Part shown: piece after piece, positions 45,101-58,100 of the stretch
Layout: every line of letters starts with the position of its first letter
How positions within the stretch are numbered: position 1 is the first letter of the stretch
DNA from: the human T2T-CHM13v2.0 reference genome, Homo sapiens
DNA length: 64,000 nucleotides
Direction: 5' to 3' (one strand)
NCBI RefSeq assembly: GCF_009914755.1
Contig: NC_060934.1
Translations under genes and position numbers: made by a program
The notes under the pieces: model-generated
Database searches by the model: none
What the model saw: only the letters and a program-made list of their open reading frames with translations
Told to the model about the DNA's origin: nothing

Positions 45101-46612
45101 GTATGAATGTACTACTATACTTCTTCTACTGTTACTAGATACTTGGGTTGTTTCCAAGTTGTTTTTATATTCTCTTGTTGGTAACTATTTGGGTTGTGTA
45201 GATTTTTGTGGTTTGCTTTTGCTGTTGCATGCGTGTTGTCGTGAACATCTCCTGTAAGTGTGCCAGAATTTCTCCAGGAGTAAAAATGCTGAGCCATCGG
45301 TTGTGCACATGTTTAACTTTCCAAAGTGGACCACCTTCCACCACTGGGTGAGTTCATTTTGCATCCTTGACAGTACTTAATTTTGTCAGGCTTATTAATT
45401 CTTGCCAATTTAGTGGGCTTTAGGCATGAACTGTAGTTATGATTTATCTCCAGTCTTTTTGTTCATTTTTACCAGTTCACAGGGATTCTTCACATATTCC
45501 GGATACCAGTTCTTGTTGGTTTAATGTTTGCAGATATCTTCTCCCATCAAGACCAATGTGGTTTGTCTTTTCCCATTTTTGGTGGTACTTTTTGATAAAT
45601 AAAAAACTAACTTTATTGTGACTATCTTTTTTCTTTACGATTTCTACTTTTTTCAATAGAATTTATTTTTTAGAGCAATTTTAGGTTCACAGAAAAATTG
45701 AACAGAAGGTACGTGGAGTTTCCTTAGATCCCCCTGCCCACACACATGCACAGTTTTTTCTGTTACCTACATCTGTCACCACAGTGGTACATTTGTTACA
45801 ACCAGTGAACCCACATTGACACAAAATAATCACCTAAAGTCCATAGTTTATGTTAGGGTTCATTCTTGTTGTACATTCTATGGGTTTAGACAAATGCATA
45901 ATGACATCCAGTGTTACAGTATGATACAGAACAGTCTCACTGCCCCAAAAATCCTCTAGGCTGACTATTCATCTCTCCCTACCCTCTAACCTCTAGCAAC
46001 CACTGATGTTTTCACTGTCTCCATAGTTTTGCTTTTTCCAGAATGTCATATAGTTGGAATCGTACAGTATGTAGCCTTTTCAGATTGCCTTCTTATCTTA
46101 GTAGTATGCATTTAAGTTTCTTCCATGCCTTTTTATGGCTTGAGAGCTCATTTCTTTTTAGTAATGAATAATATTTCATTGTCTGGATGTAACCACAGTT
46201 TACCCATTCACCTACTGAAGGGTATCTTGGTTGCTTCCAAATGTTGGCAATTATTAATAAAACTGCAATAAACATCTACGTGCAGGTTTTTGTGTGGACA
46301 TGTTTTCAACCTTTGAACAAATAACAAGGAACACAGTTGCTGGATCATATGATAAGAGTATGTTTAGCTTATTAGCTTTGTAGGAGCGTGCCAAACTGTC
46401 TTCCAATGTGGCTGTACCATTTTGCATTCCCACCAGCAGTGAATGAGAGTTCCTGTTGCTCCACACCCTTGCAACCATTTGGTGTTGTCAGTGTTTCAAT
46501 TCTGGCCATTCTGTAGGTGCATAGTAGTATCTCGTTGTTTTACTTTACATTTACCTAATGACATATGATGTGGAGCATCTCTTCATGTGCTTATTTTCCA
46601 TCTGTATATCTT

Positions 46613-46863
46613 CTTTTTTTTTTTTTGAGACAAGGTCTCACACTGTTGCCCAGGAGGCTAGAGGCTGGAATGCAGTGGCGCTATCATGGCTCACTGCAGC
46701 CTCGACCTCCTGGGCTCAGGTGATCCTCCTGCCTCACCTCCTGAGTAGCTGAGACCACAGGCATGCACCACCTGCCCTGGCTAGTTTTTTTTTGTTTTTT
46801 TTAATAGAAACAGAGGTCCCCCTATTTACCCAGGCTGATCTCAAACTCCTAGGCTCAAGCAAT
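46613..46863 (-). mobile_element. AluJ, 5' truncated
   Basis: Alu similarity. Confidence 0.85.
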
Positions 46864-48289
46864 GTGTATCTTCTTCTCAAGTGATGTGTATTTTCTTTAA
46901 TGAGGAATTGGTTTCTACTTTTTATTGATTTATGACCTCATAATAGGGAAGGATTTCTTTAAAAATACTGTTGTATATTCTCAATATCTCCCATGTAATT
47001 TCACTTTTCTCAGGTCTTTAACCTAAGTGGAAGAGATTTTTGTGTATGATGTAGGTAAGGATTGCATTTCACTTATTTCCAGCACTACATCCATACTTTA
47101 CCTACTGATCTGCAAAACCATTCTTATATCCATCAGATGTCCCTGTGTGCATGAGTCTGATTCTATGCTCTCTTCTGTTCCGTTAGGCTACCACTCTATC
47201 ACTGCACCATTAGCATTGCATGGTATCAGTTACTGTAATTTTATGCTAGTGAATATCTGGGACACATTTTCCACTCACCTTGTTCTTAAAGATCGTTATG
47301 GCTATCATAGGCTTTGTACTTTCATATAAATTTTAGAATACGCTTATTAGGTTTCATAAAAATGTATGAATTTGATTAGAATATCATTGAATCTGTAAGA
47401 TCACTTTGGGGAGTCTTTATGATATGAAGTCTCCCAATCTATTCTATTTGGCTTTATTGTTTTTCAATTACATTTTATAATTTTTCACACTGTGGACTTA
47501 CACATGCTGTTTTTCAGATTCTTCATAGTTACTCTGCATTTTTGATACCATTGTACCTTATCTTTTATTGTGTTACTGGTGTTTAGAAATCATTGATTTT
47601 GCATGTTAATTTTTGTGTTCAGAAACTTTGCCAAAAACTGTTAATTCTAGTAATTAGAATTCTTTTGCATTTTTCTTGTTTTACATCATATCATACATAT
47701 GAATAGTGAGTTTTGTTTCCTTTCCATTTTTAGGTCTTTAGTTCTTTTTCTTGTCCTCCTATGCTTGGTAGGATTTGTTGTGCAATGCTGATGGAAGTGG
47801 TAATAGTGGGCTCCCTGCCCTGTTTCTGATTTCAAGCAGTGCTTTCAGGGTTTCATCAGTAAGTGTGATGTTTGCTGGAGGTGTTTTCGTAGACAACCCT
47901 GTCAACTTAAGAAACTTCCCTTCTGTTATTACTTAGTGAGTTTTTATCCTACCTAAGAGCATTTATCAGATACTTTTACTACATCTGTTGAGATGTTCAT
48001 ATACTTTTTCCCCTCTTTTAAAGTATTAAATTGATGAATTAATAGATTTTCTCAAGTAGCTTTGCATTCTTGGGACAAATGCCAGTCAGTCATGATGTGT
48101 TATTTTTATTTTACATTGTTTGATTTGGTTTGCTTTCATATACATACATGTAAGTATTCACATTTACACATCTCATATGTATTCATGTCGGGGGTGTGGG
48201 TATGTATATACTTCAGGTGTTTTTAATCTATGTTCATGAATGAGATTGCCTATGACTTCCCGTTCTCTTCCTTGTTGGGCATTTTTGTT

Positions 48290-48727
<438 letters not shown>

Positions 48728-50255
48728 TGAACTGCCTGGAAGAACGGCCTGAAAGCCACTTGGGCATGAACTTTTCTATCTAGGAAGATTTTTGATCAGT
48801 TGTTCAATTTATTTAATAATTATAGAACTATTCAGACTTTCTATTGTTTGTAGAATAAGCTTTCATTGAGTTATTTTGGGTAAATCATAATTTTCTAGGA
48901 ATTTATACTGATAAATTTGAAAATTCAGATGAAATCAATATCCTCCTATTATCTGTGTGATATGTATACGATTTATAGTGATATCCTTTTTTTCTCATTC
49001 CTGATATACTTATGCCTTCTATTTTTTCTTGATCAGCTTTGCCAGGAGCAGGCAGATTTTTTTCAATCCTTTTAAATAACCCTTACCAGCCATGTATGAG
49101 AGATCAGTTGCTTTACCTCCTCCCCGACACAGTATTTCCAGTGTTTTTAATTTAAACTCTTTAATTATAATTTCTAGTGGGTGTGTACAGTTCTTATTTT
49201 CATCTTAGTTTATAATCAGGGAATGATGTCAAGTACCTTATCATATGCTTATTGGCCATTTAGATATCTTCTTTTGTGAAATGCCTGTTGAAGTTTTTCT
49301 GCCTTTCTTAAAAAAAATTAGTTTGATTTTTTTTTTAGTTGATTTGTGGGGGTTACTTCTGTATTCTGAATTTGAGTCCTTTGTCAGATTTACATATTAC
49401 ACATACCTTCTCCTAGCAACAGCCTCTCTTTCACTATGTTAATGGTATCTGTCAGTAAACAAAAGTTCTTAATTTCAATAAAAACCAATTTTCTTTTATG
49501 GCTAGTGATTTTGGTGTCCAATTTAAGAACCTTTCCTACTCCAGAATTTTTTTTAATTCTTTTTTTGACACCTCATTGCATTGCCTTTCATATTTAGGTC
49601 TGTGATCCATCTGGAAATCGTTTTGTATATGGGTTACAGGAAGAGTCAAGATCCATCCTTTAGTTTTTCTTTTAGGGAAGGTCTGTGGATAGCAAACGCC
49701 ATTTAGTTTGTCTGTAAATATCTTTATTATCTCTCATTTAATAAATAGTTTTAAAAAGTAGAGAATTCTAAATTGGCTATCATTCTTCTTTTTAGCACAA
49801 TGAAGTTACTATTCCACTGTCTCTTGGCTTCAGTTATTTCTGCTGTGAATCATCAGCGTAACAGCCATCATCCATTGAAAGCAGTCCACTCTCTTCTTTT
49901 CTGTTCTGTGTCACTATGATACATCTGCATGTGGGTTTGTTTTTTTTCTGGTCCTGCTTGAGATTCTTCGGGTTCCTTGGATTGTTACTCTGAAAAATTC
50001 TCAGCTGTTTTATTTTCAAAAATGATTTCTGCCTCATTGTCTCTTTGCTTCTCTAACTCTGATAACATGTTAAAACCGTTGTGTCCTCCATGCCTCAACC
50101 TGTTTCTTGTTTTCCAATGCTTTATTCTGTGTTAGATTCTGTTAATTTCTTCAGAATTATGATCAGATTTGGAAAATAACCAAATAGAGCATCTAGAAAT
50201 GAAAACTACAATAATTGAATTTTTTAAATCCAGCAGATGGGTTGAACAAAATTAG

Positions 50256-50572
<317 letters not shown>

Positions 50573-51433
50573 CTAAGGAGGTATTTTTTTAAAAACTGGA
50601 ATATAAGTCAGAATGTTTGTTTCTACTGGATGTTTAGGGGCAGTACCAGTTCAGGGCCAGTTCAAAGAATTCTTAGCTTGAAGTTTGTTGGACCAGTGTT
50701 GATTTGTGCTGCAAAATTTTGTGAAGCTCACTGACTCATCATTATCAATTATGAAGGTAAAATTTCCCTGCCTCCATTCAGTGCTGAGATTCAAATCAGG
50801 GAGCTTTTCCTAGGTCCCTCGGTGGGGTTTGGGTGGAGCGCCTTATTTCAAGCTCACTGCTGCACCGAGGGGTGGCTCTTTGGGATGCCAGCTTTATGGG
50901 CTGGGGTCTCCTATTTGATTCTTCATCTTGAGGTGGGCCCTGGACTTTTTTCTCTACCCCTGTGGACTTGAAAACAGCAGCTCATGGTCCTTACCCTCAG
51001 GGCAAAGCAGGCTGCAGAGCTTCCCTGACTTCTCTGGCTCCCTGCCTTCACTTGGATTTTTAAATTTTGTACAACTTTATCTGTTGTTTTCAGTGGGCAC
51101 GCACTTCATCTCTCACACTGCCAGAAATGCACAAGTGGCGCAGTTTACTTTCTTACACTCTTCCCTGCACTGTTGCTGAACCACTCAGCCCTGCTGAGCG
51201 CGCCTGAGCATCTGCACCTGAGCATCCTGGTGCTGTGGGTAGATACTTGTGGGGTGTTCAGCAGCCCCTCACCTTCCTCACAGTATCCTGACTTCCTTGT
51301 TGGGAATAAAGATTGAAATTGTGTTAACGTGGTCTAAACTGGCCTGCAGATGGATTGTAAGTTTTGCTTCTTGAAGTTTTGAATGCAAATTTGTGGGAAT
51401 TCTTTCCCATTTATATTTTTATGCTGGTTGGAT

Positions 51434-51474
51434 TGAACAGTGACTGTTAGGTGAACAGTGACATGTTAGGTGAA
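51434..51474. repeat. 18/19-bp tandem duplication TGAACAGTGAC(A)TGTTAGG x2
   Basis: Seen directly. Confidence 0.9.
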
Positions 51475-51526
51475 TGCTAACATGCTTCGTATTGACCAGG
51501 ACCCCAGGTGTTCCTTTGAGAAGGGG

Positions 51527-51805
51527 GCCTTTGCTTCACTTTTCCCAAAAGGTGCTGTGGCCTTTTGCAGAAGTGCTGCTTGGCGTCCGCAGCACCAGGG
51601 CCAGTCCATAGCAAGCACCGACTGTGCTGACAATGAACCAGGTGCCTGCTCTGTCTGCCTTTGCTTCTTAGAAGCCTTTGCTTCACTTTTCCCAAAAGGT
51701 GCTGTGGCCTTTTGCAGAAGTGCTGCTTGGCGTCCTCGGCACCAAGGCCAGTCTACAGCGAGCACTGACTGTGCTGACAATGAACCAGGTGCCTGCTCTG
51801 TCTGC
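51527..51805. repeat. Tandem duplication, period 147 bp
   Basis: Copies start at 51527 and 51674; 7 mismatches over ~132 bp. Confidence 0.95.
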
Positions 51806-52654
51806 TACCACGGCCCTGCAAGAGAGCCGTGATCAGATGAAAAACATGGAGGCTATAAGGTAAACAGCTTGTCCAAGCTTCTCCAGCTGGGGGCTGAAAC
51901 CAGCTCTCACTCCAGTTTCCCCGGCTCCTTGCTCCCTCCCTGCTGCCTTGTGCCTCCCTGAGGAGCAGGGTCTATGTTCTCGTATGGGCGTGGTCGGTGT
52001 GTGTCACAAGCAGTGTGTGTCACAGAAGTCTCCATGGCTTACTACAGATCCTTAGCTTATCATTCTGCTACATCTGACACTCTGACATCCATTTGTTCCT
52101 GCAACGTTTGTGAAGGGTGACACTCAGCCATCACACAGGGATGTACTGGTCACAAGGCACACAGACTATCACCCACCGAGTGCTTCTCACACGTACTGTG
52201 TGGCCCAGGGATTGGACTAGGCCCCCACCGTATTGCCAATTCAGGAGGTGTGTGGAGAGGCCTAAGAATGGACATTCAAACAGGTTCCCAAGGACCCACA
52301 CTTGAAAGCCACTGCCCTGGAGGAACTGCCCATGGCAGGGGATGGCCCTCCCAGCTCGAGGTTGTATCCAAGGCCAGAGCAAATTATGCACTCCCCCTTC
52401 TTCAGCTGAGGCAGATGAACACTTCCAAAAATAACTTCTTCACCAGGAAATTAGGGATGCCATTGGATTTAAAGACCTAAAAAATGTCATTCACTAAAAG
52501 CTCAAGCATCATCTCCATGTCCCCATTTGCTCCACAGACACCCGAGCACCTGTCCTGCACTGCCCACTGCATGGGGTGGCAAGGCCCCGAGGCCCAGCTT
52601 CTGTCCAACACGGGCCCCTGGCTGTCCAAATTCACATCCCAAATTCAGCCCCTG

Positions 52655-52772
52655 GGTCACACTAGCCACATCCCAGCAGACAGGACCCACATATGGTTGG
52701 CAGCTGCTGTACTGGACAGCACAGATACAGGACATTCCCTTACCCCAGAAAGGTTTCTGTTGGGTGGCGCTC
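52655..52772. mobile_element. MER3-like fragment
   Basis: cactagccacat...tactggacagcacagatacaggacattcc...gaaaggtttctgttgg. Confidence 0.6.
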
Positions 52773-53459
52773 ACCTCGTGGGAATGATGACACTGAGCAC
52801 ATAGTGAAAGATGAGCTGAGTTATCCCTGGGGTGCAGTCCCCACCCTGTCCAGGCCTGAGAACCGTGGGAATGGGCAGGTTGGAGGAGCAGAGGGGAGTA
52901 CCATGTCCTGTTCTGGAGCCTTAGTTTTTTTCCTTCAATTCCCGAGCTCTCATGTGCTCCCCCAGTGAACCCCTCTTCTCTGTTGCGCTTGAGTATAAAA
53001 CTCATGACACCAGGAGTGGCCCCTCCAGACCTGCATTCTGCAGGCTGCCCTGCAGGATCGCGTCCAGGGGCTCTCCAACCTCCCCTGCCCCCAGAGAGGC
53101 CATCTGACTCCTCTGCAGTAACACAGTCCATACAGCCTGGCTTAACTAGGTATCCTGAACTTACTTACTTATGTGACCATGCAATACAGCAGCCAGTGAC
53201 ATCTTTTTGGAGCTCACAATGAGGAAAGCAGGACTGAACGTGCCTCCTATAGCTTCTTTCGAGTCTCACCTTATTCAGTGGAAAGCCCTTTGTCACACAA
53301 AGTGTTGCCAGCTGGAGACAAAAGTCTCTTGCCCAGTCCCTCCTGGGAAGGCCACAGCAGGCCTGGCAGCCTCACCCTCCTCCCTGCCCCAGGGGACCCA
53401 TGTCTCCGGCCAGCAGCAAGGCCACCCCCTCACTGTACACACACAGCAGGCAAGGGAGG

Positions 53460-55168
53460 GGAGTGATGTATTCTTTTATTGAAGCAAGTATGTCCAGTCA
53501 CACCAAAACTGACGTCCTGCATTATGGTACAGCTTCATACTCAGAGTTCATCTCAAATACCAAAACATCAAATCAGGGTATGTATCAAATTGGGAAAATA
53601 AAGTAGCAGACAGACACTGTTTCAAGTAGGTACTAGAACTGATCACCCGTGAAGTGCACGTGGATGTGTACAGAAACCGTTCTAAGGCTGTATTCCAAAT
53701 ATATATTCTCAAGTTTTAAGCCTTTCTCATCTCAAAGACATAAACAAAGCAATATGTACTATCAATATACAATCTGTACTAGCTAGAACCTCAGAAAGTG
53801 CAAACACACTGTGACAATACAGTGGAACTATTCCTGCTCCACCCAGGACCAGAGGCATGGGCAGCGGGCCCAGGGCTGCCTCCTCCCCAGGCCCAGCCTT
53901 TCCCAATGTCTTCAGGCTCTTCCAGGAGCTTTGGGAATTGGGACCTGGCCCATCCTCACCCAGGCTTCCCCATTGATCAAGGCTCCTGCGGAAACTGGGA
54001 ATGCAGAGAGGGACAAGGATGCGGAGTTCCTGCGAGGGAGACGGTCCACGTGGATTGACCGTGTGCTTTCTGAAGGACAGCTGTCCTGCGCCATGGTCAG
54101 TAGGGCCCAGGGCTCACACCACGAAGTCAGACATGGGAAAATGGAGTGTGCTCCTCTAGCTGGGTGTAGAAAACACCTCTCAGTATTGGGCAGTTTTATC
54201 TGAATGGGCTCCAGCAGTATGGCCTGGCGAATTTTCTGTTTCCAATTCCAATTAGGGCGCTGCCTACCCAGGTGGGAAGAGGGCTGTTGGCTGCCCTCCC
54301 CTCTGTAGATGATAGGTTTCAAGACTAGCTCTAAATGTCACCACCCTGGAGTCGGCCATGTATTTTTCTTCATCACAGCTCAGTGTGTCTTTCAGTCACA
54401 GCCCAGAAAACTGACAACTCCATGCTTCCCTCCCTTACCTTATTTTAGATTTCCTCCTTTCTAAAATGTAGTTGAAGAATGATTTGCTGGACACATTGTC
54501 ACAGAAAATATGCTGCCAGGTGCCCCCTGCCCCTCCCTGACCCCACAAATCCCTGAAAGGAAAATGAAAATGTAAACTTTGGACAGCCCGTACTCAAAGG
54601 CTCACTTCCAGAAGTGTGCGGACGCGACCTCCCAGCCACCAGCCCTCCTATGGAGCCTCGCAGCCCAGGCTCCTGAGGGCAGGCGCCCAGGTGGAGTGGG
54701 ACTCACCGCAGCCCAAACCACAGAGCAGGAAGACCAGACCCCAGTACCCTCTAAGGCACTAACCCCGACGTCAGAGACACTGGCTGGAAAGGCGTCCGAG
54801 CAGGCAGGGCTCACGTTGGTTTTGGCTGGGTTTTTTAAAATATTTTTTTCATAAGATGTTAATAATCAAAAGTAGAAAATAAAAATCTACATTTCATTAG
54901 AATAAGATGTTATCATGGATACCATCTCCCATGATACTCTCCCCTCCCCCTCCCCAAAGCAGGGCCCTGCCCTGTTATTTAAAATAAACAAAAAAAACTT
55001 TGTAAGTGCCAAAGGTTGATGCGTGAAATAATTACCATTTTTTTCTCATAAAAGTTATATACAAAATGGACCCCAACCAGTGAGGCCTCCTCATCTCAAC
55101 CCACATCAGTCAAAATTTAAACCCAGTTAGTGCACGTGCTTCCTCTGGCGTCGCGGGCTGCATCCGCC
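53460..55168 (-). other. RASGEF1A: 3' UTR (~1.7 kb)
   Basis: Runs from the stop codon to the poly(A) signal; the end is approximate. Confidence 0.8.
53475..53480 (-). terminator. RASGEF1A: Polyadenylation signal AATAAA with a downstream GU-rich element
   Basis: Plus-strand tttatt; acacacac at ~53437-53446 reads UGUGUGUGU downstream on the minus strand. Confidence 0.8.
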
Positions 55169-55193
55169 TCAGGCTCTGTTCAGAAGGGTGGTC
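55169..55193 (-). CDS. RASGEF1A: Last coding exon TTLLNRA*
   Basis: ctctag acceptor; TGA = plus-strand tca 55169-55171. Confidence 0.92.
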
Positions 55194-58100
55194 CTAGAGG
55201 GGGACAGGACAAGCAGTGCTCAGGCCCGAGCAGGGCGGCTTGGGTCCAAGCCATCCTCAGCCTCCCACCAAACATGCACCAGGGACCCTGGACCAGGGAC
55301 GCGGCAGTGCCCAGGCTCCCTTTCCAGGAGGGTAACCCTCGTGCCCACCCTGAGTCCTCCCTCTTCCTTACAGACTCCCATGTTCCTGACGCCCTCCTAC
55401 CTGAGGGTCTTCCAGCTGTCTTTTTCCATGTGGTTCTCGGGACCCTCACTTTCAAAGGAGGCGACGAAGAGAGCTGAGAGATGGGAAAGTCCCTCAGAGC
55501 CTGTGTCCCCATGCAGTGTCTGCCTGAACCCAGCTGTCCCTTCAGGAGTACAGCCCAGCACAAGGGGACAGTGACCTCTGGCTGGGCTGAACACAGTTCT
55601 CTGCTGTGCGGGGCTCTCAGGCTGCCTGTTGGGGACTCTAGGAAGGTTCCTCGTGTTGCAGCACCTGACCTAAGCCCATGTGACCCTCTCCAGTGGCTGC
55701 TGGAAACTGAGTCTCTTGTCCTTCTCTTCCATCCATCCCATGACCCACCCTCATGCACACTCGCCCCTGCGAGCAGAGCCAGCCCTGTGTGGCATGGAGC
55801 AGCCAGCAGGCCATCTCCCAGGGCAACCCCAAAGAGCACCGGGCCTGGACAAGGAGTCAGGTGGGGTGGGAGGCATGCTGCGTTGGGAGGCAGCCCTCAC
55901 CTTCCTCGCTGTAGATGGGCGCCGTGAGCAGGTAACTCTGAATCTTCTTGTCCTTCTCGAAAGGACACTCTACCTGTGTCCATGTCATGAACTCATGGAT
56001 CTGTCTGGAGATCTCCCAGAATTTCTGAAGGGAGCAAAACCAACTGATGTTCATCTGTCACCTTAAGCACCAAACCCTCGGTCAGGGCAGGGGACGTAGG
56101 TTTTGGCCTCAGCCTCCTGCTCACTTCACTGGTCCCAGCAAGATGGGACAGTGGCCCTGCACGCTGACCCCGTGGCCATGGTGGCACGCCATGCAGCCTC
56201 AGAGCCAGCAGGTGTCCCCCAAGGCCACTCTGTCTGGCCCTCCACCTGGGCCATCAGGCCGGCAGCAGGGTCTCTGCCTGTCTGTGCAGGGACCCAAAGA
56301 AGGCCCCACTGATAACTCCAGCCTGAGGCAGGCACCCCATCCAAACCCAGCCCAGCGGCGCCAACCAGAACGTGTCATGATGTCCCTTCTCTGGGACCTT
56401 CGGAAGGATCCCAGCTCCTGCCCACACCTCACCTGTGTGAGGTAGGCATCCGGCAGCCCACAGCCACCTACACCTGCCCTGCCACCTATGTCCCACCCTC
56501 CCATCCTCACCAGGTGCCCTCAGGCCCACGAGGCAGGCTCTTCACTTCCATCTAGAATTCTCTGCCGCCTCCTCCCTGCTCAAGTCCCTTCCTATCTAAA
56601 CCCCTCCTGACCTCCAATCCCACAGGGGTGGACAGGGCTCTCTCCCTGGTAGGGCCAGGCTGGAACCACGGTCCTGGATAAATACAATTCCCTGTGACTC
56701 CAAGCTCTGCAACTAGGCCATCCACCCAGAAGTACCGGCAGGCGCACCTCATACCTTGCAGTCAAACAGCACCCCGTGACCCACTATGAGGCTTTCAGTC
56801 TTGAAGGCCCTTGTGAACCTCAGGCAGGGCTCAGGAAACCCACAGATCCCGACCCAGGGCTAATGCCTGGCGGCTCCAGTAGCTCAGACAGTTTCCGCCT
56901 GGCCTGCCCTGTGCTGGGATGAGCTCACCTTAAAGTTAATGTGCCCGTTGGGCAGGTGGTTGGTATGGATTTTGTGCAGGAAGTAGATGTCCTTAACGAA
57001 GAGGTTGAACACAGGGATGACGATCTTTTCACGGCTGCTGTTGGCCATCTGGGACCTCTGCGTGGCCCCCTGCAGGGCTGTACGGTAGTTGCAGAAGTTG
57101 CTGGACGGGTCCATGTGATGCTGTGGGCACAGGGAGGACCTGGTGAGCATCACAGCCCCATGCCCCTCCGACCTGCTCCAGATGCCCCTCTGCAGAGCAG
57201 GAGACAGCAGACAGAGAAGGCACCTGGCCCCTGGGCAGCCTGGGAGTTAGCACGGGGGAGGGGACGCCCAAGGGTGCCTGGCTGAGCCCTGGGGCCAGGG
57301 CTTCTGAGTTCAGGTCCTGGCATCCTCTGGAAAGCCACAGAAGTGTCACTGCCCTGCCTGCCAGGCCTGACCCTCGCCCTCCTTCCTTCAAGACTTCCCT
57401 TTGCTCCTCTACTTAGATCAACACCTCCCAGACCTGACCAGCTCCACAAGACACATGCTTTGCAAAAATGGACTCTGTGGTCAAACACATCTGAGGAAGG
57501 CTGCAGGTGACCCTGTCTGCCAGCCTCTGGGCCATCTAGACCAGCCAGGACCTGGAGACACTGACCAAGGAAAAGGCAGTGTCTTCCAACACAACCCCAC
57601 TCTTGTCAAACTCTTGCTTAACCGCATTCCACTCTGGAACTCGCCTTAGGTGATGCCGGGTCTGCCTGAAGTAACCGAGGACAACTTAAGTCCCCACTGC
57701 TGGAGGACGAACATGCCAGGCCAGCTCAGCCAGCACTGTAGGTGCTAGCCCCAGGGAGAGGAGGGCAGCCCCCCACCCCCACTGTCAGGGCCCCCTTCGG
57801 GCCATTGCGGGACGAAATGGGTGCAGCTCGCAGCTGTGACGGGGCTCAGGTGCCTACCTCCAAGACATCAAACTTGGCTGTCTTGACCTTGGACCAAGTT
57901 TTCTTCAGCCTTGCCACAGGACTGAGGTTCATGCCAGCTGCAGAGGACAGCAGGTAGGGTCAGGGCCGGGGGGGTGGGCCATGCAGCAGCCCCACCCTGG
58001 GTGCCCAGTCACTCACAGATGATGGCCATCATGGAGTTGAAGTTCCCGATGTTGAAGCACTCCCGGGCCACATCAATGAAGAACTCCAACATGCGGGTCC

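Noticed and set aside
51466-51832. ORFs with a 49-aa internal repeat
   Set aside because: A by-product of the 147-bp duplication, seen on both strands and in several frames.
52502-53131. 209-aa ORF (-) downstream of RASGEF1A
   Set aside because: Overlaps a MER3 fragment, has no recognisable domain and no splice or promoter support.
55180-55839. 219-aa ORF (-) and overlapping plus-strand ORFs
   Set aside because: Run through GC-rich RASGEF1A introns out of the real exon frame; chance ORFs.
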